A stretch of 64,000 bases of DNA, taken from contig CAVXRR010000001.1 in the NCBI GenBank assembly GCA_963764125.1, forward strand, positions 271,773 through 335,772, written 5' to 3'. Both the position numbers and the translations under genes were made by a program. The stretch's first letter is position 1, and every line of letters starts with the position of its first letter. A model generated the notes under the pieces. The model was not told the origin of the DNA. It ran no database searches and saw only the letters and a list, made by a program, of their open reading frames with translations. This DNA is from an uncultured Solirubrobacteraceae bacterium (GTDB lineage Bacteria > Actinomycetota > Thermoleophilia > Solirubrobacterales > Solirubrobacteraceae). Positions 1 through 8,618 of this stretch are shown piece by piece.

Positions 1-2
1 CC

Positions 3-2054
3 GCCAATCGGGCGATCGTCGTGGTGCCCGACAACGCGGATCTGTCCAGCGGCAAGGTCGAGGTGCTGCTGCACTTCCACGGGCGCAACATCGGCTACCG
101 CGAACGGGCGGCCGGCCATACGGTGCGTGACGTCGAGGTCGATCAGATCGAGCAGCAGCTCGCCGCCAGCGGTCGCAACATGGTCGCCGTGCTGCCCCAG
201 GGACGGCGCGAAGGCGACTCGAAGATGACGAAGTTCGGGATCGGAGTTCCGTCCGCGTACGTCAACTCGGTGCTCGCGCTGGCGCTGGCGCATCTGTCGG
301 GGTCGCGCCTCCCCGCCTCGGGCACGCTCCAAGCCGGGCGGCTCGTCATGTCCGGACACAGCGGCGGCGGCCCGTATGCGGTCGCCTACGGAAACTATGC
401 TCAGAACTGGCCGTCATCCTCGGTCGACGATTGGGTTGATGCCCCGCCCGTGCTGTTGTTCGATGGGATCAATGGTCCCGGCGAACTGGCGACGCTCGAG
501 TCAGACCTCGACGTGTGGCTGCGCGAGGACCTCAAGTGGCTGGTCCAGTCAAACGATCAGCTCGCACTGCTGGGCCGCCGCGGCCTCAAGTTCCGCAGCA
601 CGTGGGGGACGGGCTCCGACCCCGTCTACAAACGGATGAACGAGGCGTTGGACACGTGGCTGACCAACTGGTTCACGAAGAACGCGACGGTCTCGTCGGG
701 AGTGGCCGCAGCCTGGCGTGATCAGTACCGAATCGAGAAGTTCGTGGGCCAGCACGACTACAACGTGGGCACGGGGCGCCCGGCGACCCCGTCGGAGCGC
801 GGCGCGGTTCCCCCGGGTGTGACCGGGGTGCCCAAGGCGGCGGGACCCCCGGCCTACAACGGCGGCAACCTCGATTCGGCACTACGCGCCCTGCGGCCCA
901 ACCCGGCTCCCGCGGTGATGCTGGCGCCGATGCGCGATCCCGGCCGTCAGGCCGTGCACCCCGATCGCCCCGCCGACGTGGTCCAGTTGCAGCGGACGAT
1001 CGGCAACCGCGCGGTGAGCCGCATCCTCACCCGGCTCGTCTCCTCCGTACGACTGGAGACCGAGACGCCGCTGCGCGCGACGGAGACCGCCGGCATGCTG
1101 CCGACGCTCATCGTCAACGGCAAGTTCGCCGTCTACGTGCCGTGGGGATGGATCGCGAAGTACAACCTGATGAACCCCGCCGACATCACCGAGACCAAGG
1201 TGCACGTGTTCTTCGGGGCCGGAGGGGTGATCGGCGACGACTTCAACGACGTGCTCCTGCACGGACTGCGGTCCGCGGCGAACCCGACCGACTGGATCAC
1301 GATCGCGGTTGCCGGAAGCACCACCGCCACGGGGGCTTCGATCCCGACGCCGTTCTCCGATGCGGACATCTCCGACTGCCTCTCCGCGGTCGGCCTGACC
1401 ACGCCGGTGACCAAGCTGCGCCTGACCGGGCACAGCCGGGGAATGGTGAGCCTCGTCGCCTACGCGCCCAGGACGAGGCTGACAGGGTTGATCGATCGCG
1501 TGCACGTGCTCGACGAGTTCCAGGTTGGCGATCCCAAACTCGGCAACTACCACGGCAAGATCGAGGCGCTGATCGCCGCCGGCATCCCGCGCAGCAAGAT
1601 CGTCGGCTACGAATCCCAGGATCCCGCCAAGCTCCATCTCCGCGGGGTCAACTACATCACCTTCAACCCCGAGCTGATGGCCGTGTTCGGCACCGTCAGG
1701 CTGATTCAGGACGCGATCGCGCGCGACCCGGCGATCGCGGCCGCGGCCGCGACGACCAGGACCAAGCGCGATCCCGCGGACCGGACCAGGTTCCTCACCG
1801 TCCAGGACGAGGTCTCGTCGATCCAGCTTCCCGCGCGCGGGAGCCTCCCCTCGACGGCAGCGGCCGGTACCTCGTCGCTGGTGTCGTGGATGGCGGATCG
1901 CACCAACCGCAGGGCCCTCCGCTCACTCTCCCAGCCGAAGCTGATCGCGTTCGTCACCAACAAGAACCTCACGCGCTATCCCGGCCAGGACTGGGGGCCG
2001 TTCGCCGCGCACGAGTTCTTCGCCTACGAGATCGCGCCGGAGCTCTACAGCTGA
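3..2054 (+). CDS. 5'-partial hypothetical protein with two alpha/beta-hydrolase-like domains and an internal LQRTIGNRAV motif
   Basis: The frame is open from base 3, so it runs off the window. Domain 1 has LHFHG...SGHSGGG and domain 2 has VHVFFG...TGHSRG (nucleophile-elbow-like). LQRTIGNRAV is encoded at 987-1016. Confidence 0.7.
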   Translation, partial: ANRAIVVVPDNADLSSGKVEVLLHFHGRNIGYRERAAGHTVRDVEVDQIEQQLAASGRNMVAVLPQGRREGDSKMTKFGIGVPSAYVNSVLALALAHLSGSRLPASGTLQAGRLVMSGHSGGGPYAVAYGNYAQNWPSSSVDDWVDAPPVLLFDGINGPGELATLESDLDVWLREDLKWLVQSNDQLALLGRRGLKFRSTWGTGSDPVYKRMNEALDTWLTNWFTKNATVSSGVAAAWRDQYRIEKFVGQHDYNVGTGRPATPSERGAVPPGVTGVPKAAGPPAYNGGNLDSALRALRPNPAPAVMLAPMRDPGRQAVHPDRPADVVQLQRTIGNRAVSRILTRLVSSVRLETETPLRATETAGMLPTLIVNGKFAVYVPWGWIAKYNLMNPADITETKVHVFFGAGGVIGDDFNDVLLHGLRSAANPTDWITIAVAGSTTATGASIPTPFSDADISDCLSAVGLTTPVTKLRLTGHSRGMVSLVAYAPRTRLTGLIDRVHVLDEFQVGDPKLGNYHGKIEALIAAGIPRSKIVGYESQDPAKLHLRGVNYITFNPELMAVFGTVRLIQDAIARDPAIAAAAATTRTKRDPADRTRFLTVQDEVSSIQLPARGSLPSTAAAGTSSLVSWMADRTNRRALRSLSQPKLIAFVTNKNLTRYPGQDWGPFAAHEFFAYEIAPELYS

Positions 2055-2064
2055 GGTACCAGCG

Positions 2065-4341
2065 TCAGCGACGCAGTGCGGAGGTACGCCCGGGTCGGGG
2101 CGCCCCCGCGAGCCACGCGAGAAGGTCGGCGCCCGGCACCGGACGGGAGAGGTAGTAGCCCTGGGCGCTCGTGCACCCCAGGGAGCTCAGGAGATCCCAG
2201 GTCTCGGGAGTCTCGACGCCTTCGGCGACCACATCGAGCCCGAGGTTGCGGCCGAGATCGATGGTGGACCGGACGATGATCGCGTCGTCCTCGTCGTTGT
2301 CCATGTTCATCACGAAGGACCGGTCGATCTTGATCTCGCTGACGGGGAGACGCTTGAGGTAGGCCAGCGATGAATAGCCGGTCCCGAAGTCGTCGATCGA
2401 GAGCCGGATCTTCAACTCCGCCAGCTGCTCCAGGATCTGCTTGGTGCGCGCGGGGTCGGCGAGCATCGAGGACTCGGTGATCTCGAACTCGAGCAGGCTC
2501 GGCTCGACGTTCCAACGCTCGAGGAGACCTGCCACCTGCGCCGGGAAATCGGGATCGACCAGTGACCGGGTCGAGAGGTTGACGGCGATGGCCAGGCGCA
2601 CACCCTCGTCCAGCCATGCACGGCACTGTCGGAGTGCCTCGTCGATGACATAGACGGTCAAGGGCTTGATGAGACCGGTCTGCTGCGCGACCGGGATGAA
2701 CTCGTCAGGCGGCACCAGGCCGCGATCGGGATGGTTCCAGCGGATCAGCGCCTCGACCGAGCGGATCTCGCCATCGCTCAGGAACGCCTTGGGCTGGTAG
2801 TGAAGGATCAACTCATGCTGGTCCAGCGCGCGACGGAGCTCCCCGACGATGGTGAGCCGGTTGGTCCCCTGTGGGATGCAGTTGGTGTCATAGAAGGCCC
2901 AACCCAGCTTCTCTCGCTTGGCGTGGTACATGGCTCCGTCCGCGCATCGGACGAGCGTCTCGACGTCATCGCCGTCATCGGGGTACAGCGCGATTCCGAT
3001 CGATGCCTCCAACGAGAGCGGAAGCCCTTGCACCGTGATGGGGCGCTCGATGGCGTCGCGCATACGCTGCACGGCGGCGAGGACATCTTCGGGGACCGCG
3101 GCCTCGGGCAGGAGGACCCCGAACTCGTCACCGCCGAGGCGGGCCACTGTGTCAGAGCCGCGAAGCGTCTCGGTCAGACGGTGGCCCAGCTCCACGAGCA
3201 GTTCGTCGCCGGCGGCGTGACCCAGGGAGTCGTTGATCTCCTTGAAGCCGTCGAGGTCCATGACCAGTACCGCGGCCCGGTGACAGCCGCGGCTTCTGAC
3301 CCGCAGCGCCTGTTCGATCCGATCGCGGAACAGCGTGCGGTTGGCCAGCCCCGTGAGCGCGTCGTGCAGAGCCTGGTGCTCGTTGAGCTCAGCCTGGGAG
3401 AGGAGCGCCGCCTCGGCTGCCTTCTGCTGGGTGATGTCCTGGACCATGACGATGACAAAGCCCGGGCCGCCCGCCGAATCGGCCACAACGGATGCCGAGA
3501 CGTCGACCCACAGGACGTCGCCGTCGCTGCGGATGAAACGGTGCTGCATCCGCAGCGAGCTCCGGCCCTTCTCGATCATGCGCAGGAAGGCGGTGCGCGC
3601 CTTGCGGCGATCGTCCGGGTGCACGAACTCCGACGTGCGTCGGCCACCGAGCTCATCATGGCCGCGACCCAGCATCGACTGGATGGCGGGGTTGGAGTCG
3701 ATGATGCGCCCATCCACGTCCGTCAGGAGCATTCCGGTGAGCGCGCCGGCGAACGTCGCTTCGAACCGCGCCAGCGCTTCAACCTGGTCACGCTTGGCCT
3801 CGAACTCAGCGGCATGCGCCATCGCGCCCGACAGGACGACGGAGAGCAACTCCATCATCGTGACGTCGCGCTCGCTGAACGCGCCGGCCGTGTCGCCGTA
3901 CAGCAGCAGCAGCCCCACCGCCTCGCCACCGTGAAGCAGCGGAACGGCGATGATCGAGCGAACGCCGCGCTTGCGCGACAGCTCGGCGTCGACTCGGTCA
4001 TCGTTTTCGGTATCGAGGCACAGGAGCGAGCGCCGGCTGCGCATGGCGTGACCGGACAGGTTGTTCCCCAGCGGCAGGCGGTGCGGATTCTGGATCTCCG
4101 GTTCGCCGCTGACCGCGCCGCACACCAGCGCGTCACCATCCAGCAGCCGGACCGCGGCGGAGGTCCCGCCGGTCAGCTCACGCGTGCGATCGGCGATGCG
4201 CTGCATGACCGCCTTGAGATCGAGGCCGACCTCGGCCAGCTCGCGCTGCAGGGCGCTGACGGCGCGCAGAACCGACACGTCGACGGTCGCGCCACCGTCC
4301 ACGATGCCAGCATCGGCGTGGGTCTCGACCACGGGGTCCAT
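2065..4341 (-). CDS. GAF-PAS-GGDEF-EAL diguanylate cyclase/phosphodiesterase
   Basis: GAF and PAS/PAC segments, RGSD I-site plus GGDEF, and EAL/EITE/DDFGTGYSS/EGVE/QGY motifs. Start trimmed to ATG 4341, just downstream of a sigma28 promoter. Confidence 0.93.
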   Translation of the reverse strand: MDPVVETHADAGIVDGGATVDVSVLRAVSALQRELAEVGLDLKAVMQRIADRTRELTGGTSAAVRLLDGDALVCGAVSGEPEIQNPHRLPLGNNLSGHAMRSRRSLLCLDTENDDRVDAELSRKRGVRSIIAVPLLHGGEAVGLLLLYGDTAGAFSERDVTMMELLSVVLSGAMAHAAEFEAKRDQVEALARFEATFAGALTGMLLTDVDGRIIDSNPAIQSMLGRGHDELGGRRTSEFVHPDDRRKARTAFLRMIEKGRSSLRMQHRFIRSDGDVLWVDVSASVVADSAGGPGFVIVMVQDITQQKAAEAALLSQAELNEHQALHDALTGLANRTLFRDRIEQALRVRSRGCHRAAVLVMDLDGFKEINDSLGHAAGDELLVELGHRLTETLRGSDTVARLGGDEFGVLLPEAAVPEDVLAAVQRMRDAIERPITVQGLPLSLEASIGIALYPDDGDDVETLVRCADGAMYHAKREKLGWAFYDTNCIPQGTNRLTIVGELRRALDQHELILHYQPKAFLSDGEIRSVEALIRWNHPDRGLVPPDEFIPVAQQTGLIKPLTVYVIDEALRQCRAWLDEGVRLAIAVNLSTRSLVDPDFPAQVAGLLERWNVEPSLLEFEITESSMLADPARTKQILEQLAELKIRLSIDDFGTGYSSLAYLKRLPVSEIKIDRSFVMNMDNDEDDAIIVRSTIDLGRNLGLDVVAEGVETPETWDLLSSLGCTSAQGYYLSRPVPGADLLAWLAGAPRPGRTSALRR

Positions 4342-4351
4342 ATCTGAGCAG

Positions 4352-4378
4352 ATATCGGCCCGCGCGCGTTTTACTTTA
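4352..4378 (-). promoter_or_regulatory. sigma28 (FliA/WhiG-type) promoter
   Basis: The minus strand reads TAAA-N15-GCCGATAT and ends 10 nt upstream of ATG 4341. Confidence 0.75.
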
Positions 4379-4570
4379 AACCGCGCGCGTGAACTGGTTC
4401 CACAGAGAGGTGACGCCCTTGAAGCTTGGGGGGCCTGAGTGGTTTTGATCATATGTGCGAAGCGCACATCCTCTCCTCCGCCAACGGGTGCCTGCGGCCA
4501 TTGCCCGGGGCCCGGTGCGGGGGATAGAACTCGCATATGGCGCAACCGCGACTAAGGGAGTAGGGATCGC

Positions 4571-4984
4571 ATGAAGAACATCGTTGTCGGCTATGACGAC
4601 ACCGAGCCGTCCCAGCGCGCCCTGGAGCGCGCCGCGGAGCTCGCCAAGGCGCTGAGCGCCGACCTGGGTGTCGTCAGTGTCGCGCCACTCGGTCCTGGAG
4701 GCGTCCGCGCGGCGGGCGGGGTCGATTCGGTCGACTCGCCGGCCAAGCATGCCGCGGAGCTCGGCCGGGCCCGGGAGTACCTCGAGGGCCAAGCTGTCAG
4801 GGCCGTCTACGAGGAGATCGTGGGCGACCCCGCCGAGGCGATCGTTGAGTTCGCGGACCAGCGCAAAGCGGACCTGATCATCGTCGGGACGCGGGATCAC
4901 AACATGCTCGGTCGACTGCTCGGCCAGAGCGTCAGCGAGACCGTCTCGCACCACGCGCACTGCGACGTGCTCGTCGTTCACTGA
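4571..4984 (+). CDS. universal stress protein (UspA family)
   Basis: IVVGYD...ALERAA...GDPAEAI...ADLIIVG...LLGQSVSE...CDVLVVH, with an AG-rich RBS upstream. Confidence 0.93.
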   Translation: MKNIVVGYDDTEPSQRALERAAELAKALSADLGVVSVAPLGPGGVRAAGGVDSVDSPAKHAAELGRAREYLEGQAVRAVYEEIVGDPAEAIVEFADQRKADLIIVGTRDHNMLGRLLGQSVSETVSHHAHCDVLVVH

Positions 4985-5065
4985 GTCGTACGCGGGGTCC
5001 GGGCGAACGGTCAGGCACGCCCTGACCGCCCCGCGGCGGGCACCGCGGGCGCCGGGGGCGCTTGG

Positions 5066-6454
5066 TCAGTCCGTCGCGTCGCTGTGCGGCTCGTCGAGGA
5101 CGATGCCCTCCGGCGTGATCGTGAATTCGCGAATGGCGGGATCGTGTCTGCTTGCGCGGGTCTTGAGGACCGTCACGGCGCGCCGCAGTTCCGTATCTCG
5201 GGGCACGAACTGGAGCACGATGACGTTGTCCGAAAGGTGGGAGATGCCGTCTTCGGAGAGTTGGGAGATGCCGAATAGAGCCGGTATCTCCTGGCTCATC
5301 ATGAGGCTGATCTGCTGGTTGGCGCACCGCTGCAGCAGCGAGTAGAGATATTCGCGGAAGCGCAGTTCGTCCACGGCGGCGCGCCGTAGATCTCCGAGGC
5401 TGTCGATGAACACTCGCCGTGCGCGGGTCCGCTCGATGACTTCGAGGAGCTCGTAGAACCATTCGTCGAGGTAGAGATCCACGGGTGAGCGGTACATGAG
5501 CTCGACCGAGTCGTTGGCCAGCGACCAGCCAAAGCCCGCGACGATCCGCTCGAGTTGCGTGCTGTTCTCCTGGAGGGTCGCGATGACTCCGGGTTGCAGC
5601 GCGGCAGCGCCGTTGAAGATGAAATGCAGGCCCATGAGCGTTTTCCCTGACCCTGATGGGCCCGCGACCATCGTCGCCGCGCCTGGCCAATAGCCATCGG
5701 CGAGCATCTCGTCGATCGCGGGGATGCCTGAGGACATGCGCTCGGCGTGCAACTCGTAGGTCTCGGGGGTGAGGCTTTCCGCGAGCCGCGGGAATACGTG
5801 TAGGCCGTCGCTGGCGATCCTGTAGGCATGCTCGCCGGACATGAACCCCGTGCCACGAAGCTTGAGGACCTCGAGATGGCGGACCGCGCGTTCGGATTCG
5901 CGGCGTGTGGCGAGCGAGATGATCCCGTCGGCGACGGCGAATTCCGGTGCGGTCGCGATTTCGTCGCGCCCGTACTCGCCGATCCAGAATGCAGTCGTGG
6001 GGAAGGCGGTGAGCATCCCGGCGAGCTGATGCAGGAACTGGCGGAAGGCCTGCGGGGTCGCCGCGTACGCCGACAGCGCCTTGAAGCTGTCGATGACGAT
6101 CACCCCCGGCCGGCGCTCGGTGATCAGCGCACGAATGTGACCGAGGACCGCATCGAGGCCACCGTCGTTGAGCGTCCTTCCCAGGTCGTCGAAGAACACG
6201 CTCGACCCGATCGCCGGAGCATCGAAGAAGTCAAGGCTCTGGCCGTAGCGCAAGATCTTCTCCAGCGGTTCTGAGACCGTTGAGAGATACATGCCCGGCC
6301 GCTGCGCGGACGCGTTGTGGAACATGAACTGCTCGGCGAGGATCGTCTTGCCGCTCCCCGGGAGGCCGATGATCATGTTGAGCGCGTTGGTCGGCAGGCC
6401 ACCACCGAGGACGGCGTCCACGTGCGGGTCGCCGCTGGAGAACCGCTCGCTCAT
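5066..6454 (-). CDS. KaiC-like double-domain RecA-fold ATPase
   Basis: Two Walker A motifs (GLPGSGKT, GPSGSGKT), IVIDS/VFIDS Walker B, KLRG/KTRA, and ISHLSD at the KaiC phosphosite position. Its ATG overlaps the upstream stop (TGATG). Confidence 0.9.
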   Translation of the reverse strand: MSERFSSGDPHVDAVLGGGLPTNALNMIIGLPGSGKTILAEQFMFHNASAQRPGMYLSTVSEPLEKILRYGQSLDFFDAPAIGSSVFFDDLGRTLNDGGLDAVLGHIRALITERRPGVIVIDSFKALSAYAATPQAFRQFLHQLAGMLTAFPTTAFWIGEYGRDEIATAPEFAVADGIISLATRRESERAVRHLEVLKLRGTGFMSGEHAYRIASDGLHVFPRLAESLTPETYELHAERMSSGIPAIDEMLADGYWPGAATMVAGPSGSGKTLMGLHFIFNGAAALQPGVIATLQENSTQLERIVAGFGWSLANDSVELMYRSPVDLYLDEWFYELLEVIERTRARRVFIDSLGDLRRAAVDELRFREYLYSLLQRCANQQISLMMSQEIPALFGISQLSEDGISHLSDNVIVLQFVPRDTELRRAVTVLKTRASRHDPAIREFTITPEGIVLDEPHSDATD

Positions 6455-7116
6455 CAAGCCATGCTCGGTGCTTCGCGCCCGAGTCCGCCGCGGCCGAGCA
6501 GGTCCTTGACGGCCGCCACGAGCTGGCGCGGCTCAAGTGGCTTCTTGAGGAAGGCGTCCGCGCCGGCCGCCAGCGCGTGCTCGCCGAGATCCAGGCTCGA
6601 GATGCACAGCACCGGCGTCGCGCGTCGCTGCTTGAGTCGTTCGCACAGCTCTCGGCCTACGCCGCCGGAGATCGTGAGCTCGATGATCGACAGCGCGGGA
6701 TCCCGGGAGGCGAACTTCTCCTCGGCCTCCTCTGCAGTCAGTGCGATCTCGACCTCGTAGCCCTCTGCGCGGAGGAAGAAGTCGTTGAGCTCCGCGCCAT
6801 ACCGATCGCTCTCGGCCAACAGGACCAGCCGCCGCGGGGATGGAGTCAACTCTTCCGTTTCTACAATCGGCTGGGCGCCCGCCTGACGTTCGGCGAGCAG
6901 GCGGTGCGCATCGGCGGCGGACAGTCCCGCATCGAGACCCTCCTTGACGAAGCGCAGCTGCTCGAGCTGATCGCGCGTGTAGACCCGCCGTCCGCCTTCG
7001 CTGCGCTCGGCGACGATCACTCCGTAGCGATCCTCCCAACTGCGGATCGCCGACTGAGACAGACCTAGCATCCGAGCGACGGTCCCGATGCTGTAGATGC
7101 CGCGCGCGCGAGCCAA
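6454..7116 (-). CDS. MerR/CarH-type HTH regulator with C-terminal pseudo-receiver domain
   Basis: YSIGTVARMLG...IRSWEDRYG...RSEGGRRVY, then a REC fold (LLAESD, SIIEL, GADAFLKKP). The TTG start at 7116 is inferred. Confidence 0.85.
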   Translation of the reverse strand: MARARGIYSIGTVARMLGLSQSAIRSWEDRYGVIVAERSEGGRRVYTRDQLEQLRFVKEGLDAGLSAADAHRLLAERQAGAQPIVETEELTPSPRRLVLLAESDRYGAELNDFFLRAEGYEVEIALTAEEAEEKFASRDPALSIIELTISGGVGRELCERLKQRRATPVLCISSLDLGEHALAAGADAFLKKPLEPRQLVAAVKDLLGRGGLGREAPSMA

Positions 7117-7159
7117 GGCACATGAGCGTATCGCAACGAACCCGCCTGGCCCGGGTTTC

Positions 7160-7246
7160 TTCCGCAATATCTCAGCAGTACGTGTCCAATACATCCGCAG
7201 GACTTTGACAATAGCTCTGCAGTATGCGAGCATGATCTATGCAGAT
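7160..7246. promoter_or_regulatory. array of eight 11-bp-phased direct repeats (core CA[A/G]TA-like); putative operator
   Basis: Cores at 7165 caata, 7176 cagta, 7187 caata, 7198 cagga, 7209 caata, 7220 cagta, 7231 catga and 7242 cagat, between divergent genes. Confidence 0.7.
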
Positions 7247-7283
7247 CCCCCTCCCGCAGGCTATCCGGAAGCCGGTACCGCCG

Positions 7284-7631
7284 ATGCACGAACCTGATCG
7301 CCGCTGTCATGCAGCGCCGATGGGACCCGATCTGGTTCAGGAGCACGTCGCGGTGCTCAGTGTCCAAGGCGAAATCGACCTCGAGACCGCGCCCAAGCTG
7401 CGAGGCCGCCTGCTGCCGGTTCTCGAGCAGCGCACCGGGCCGGTCGTCGTGGATCTGTCCGAGGTCCCGTTCATGGACTCGAGCGGCGTGCACGTCCTCC
7501 TCGACACGCTGCGGCGGCTCGAGTCCCAGAACCGTGCGCTCATGCTCGTATGCCACGAGGAGGGTCTGGTCCACCGAATTCTCGCGTTGGTCGGCCTGCT
7601 CGACGCCGTGGCCGCGCCCGCAATGAACTAG
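7284..7631 (+). CDS. STAS-domain anti-anti-sigma factor (RsbV/SpoIIAA-like)
   Basis: GEIDLETAPKLR...VVVDLSEVPFMDSSG retains the conserved phospho-Ser. Start uncertain (7284 or 7320). Confidence 0.88.
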   Translation: MHEPDRRCHAAPMGPDLVQEHVAVLSVQGEIDLETAPKLRGRLLPVLEQRTGPVVVDLSEVPFMDSSGVHVLLDTLRRLESQNRALMLVCHEEGLVHRILALVGLLDAVAAPAMN

Positions 7632-7763
7632 CCGGCGGTCTACCCGCCACCACCACGCCGGACCCGCGAGCGCCTCCGCATCACATCACGGTCGCTGCGA
7701 GCTGTCGGCCGCCGCGTGGTCGCGAAGCAGCACCCAATCCCAAGGCCAATCAATTGAGAGACG

Positions 7764-8576
7764 ATGTCGATTACAACCACGCACCTTCCCGAGCCAAGCG
7801 GAGCGGATCAAGGCACCACTGCCGAGCTGCTGCGTCGCTGGCACGACCAGGCTGACCGGTTAGCGCGCGAAGCTCTGGTCGAGCGGTACATGCCGCTCGC
7901 CCGGCGGCTGGCGAACCGGTACCGCAGCCCCCATGAGCCGATCGACGACCTGATACAGGTCGCCGCGGTCGGCCTGCTGGGCGCGATCGACCGGTTCGAT
8001 CCCGACCGCGAGATCGCCTTCCAGTCATTCGCGATTCCCACCATCCTGGGGGAGCTCAAGCGGTATTTCCGCGACACGGGGTGGTCGGTGCACGTCCCGA
8101 GAGGGCGCCAGGAGATGGCCCTCCAGGTCGCACGCGCCACTGAACAGATCACCTCGCGGTCCGGACGACCGCCGCGCCTCCAAGAGCTCGCCGAGTACCT
8201 CGAGCTCAGTTGCGAGGACATCGTCACTGCGCTCGATGCGGGCAATGCCCATTACGCCGCCTCGCTCGACGCACCAGTCGCCGGGACGGATCTCGATGAG
8301 CCGCAGACGCTGATCGAGACGATCAGTGACACCGAGGGAGGCTACGAACTGGTCGAAACGACGGCGTCGCTGACCGTCGCGATGACGCGCCTGCCCTACC
8401 TGGAGCGCCGGGCGCTGCAGCTGCGGCTCAACGCAGACCTGAGACAGCAGGACATCGCGGTGAGGCTCGGCTGCTCGCAGATGCAGGTGTCACGGCTGCT
8501 TCGCCGCGCCACCGCGCGGCTACGGGTGATGATGGATCCCGAAGAAGGAGGGGCTGTCCCAGCACCGGTCTCGTGA
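7764..8576 (+). CDS. SigB/SigF/SigG-family RNA polymerase sigma factor
   Basis: DDLIQVA...GLLGAIDRFDP...FAIPTILGELKRYFRD.GW.VHVPR, and region 4 SQMQVSRLL. Confidence 0.93.
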   Translation: MSITTTHLPEPSGADQGTTAELLRRWHDQADRLAREALVERYMPLARRLANRYRSPHEPIDDLIQVAAVGLLGAIDRFDPDREIAFQSFAIPTILGELKRYFRDTGWSVHVPRGRQEMALQVARATEQITSRSGRPPRLQELAEYLELSCEDIVTALDAGNAHYAASLDAPVAGTDLDEPQTLIETISDTEGGYELVETTASLTVAMTRLPYLERRALQLRLNADLRQQDIAVRLGCSQMQVSRLLRRATARLRVMMDPEEGGAVPAPVS

Positions 8577-8618
8577 AGGCAGGAGATCCCGCCGGAGCCG
8601 GTGTCGCATGGGGATGCC

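Noticed and set aside
2731-4347. Long antisense or alternative-frame ORFs (e.g. 2731-4347, 29325-30881, 34185-35861, 54502-56013, and the extensions of 45819-48299 and 58687-61224)
   Set aside because: These are shadow ORFs expected from GC3-biased codon usage opposite well-supported genes, and they carry no family motifs.
4453-4469. CRP site (ATGTGCG-AAG-CGCACAT)
   Set aside because: The half-sites and spacing do not fit TGTGA-N6-TCACA. It may be an operator, but I cannot assign it.
5066-6454. A true circadian clock (kaiABC)
   Set aside because: There is no kaiA or kaiB in the window, the second phosphosite is His, and the protein is shorter than cyanobacterial KaiC with no obvious KaiA-binding tail. 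It is called KaiC-like only.
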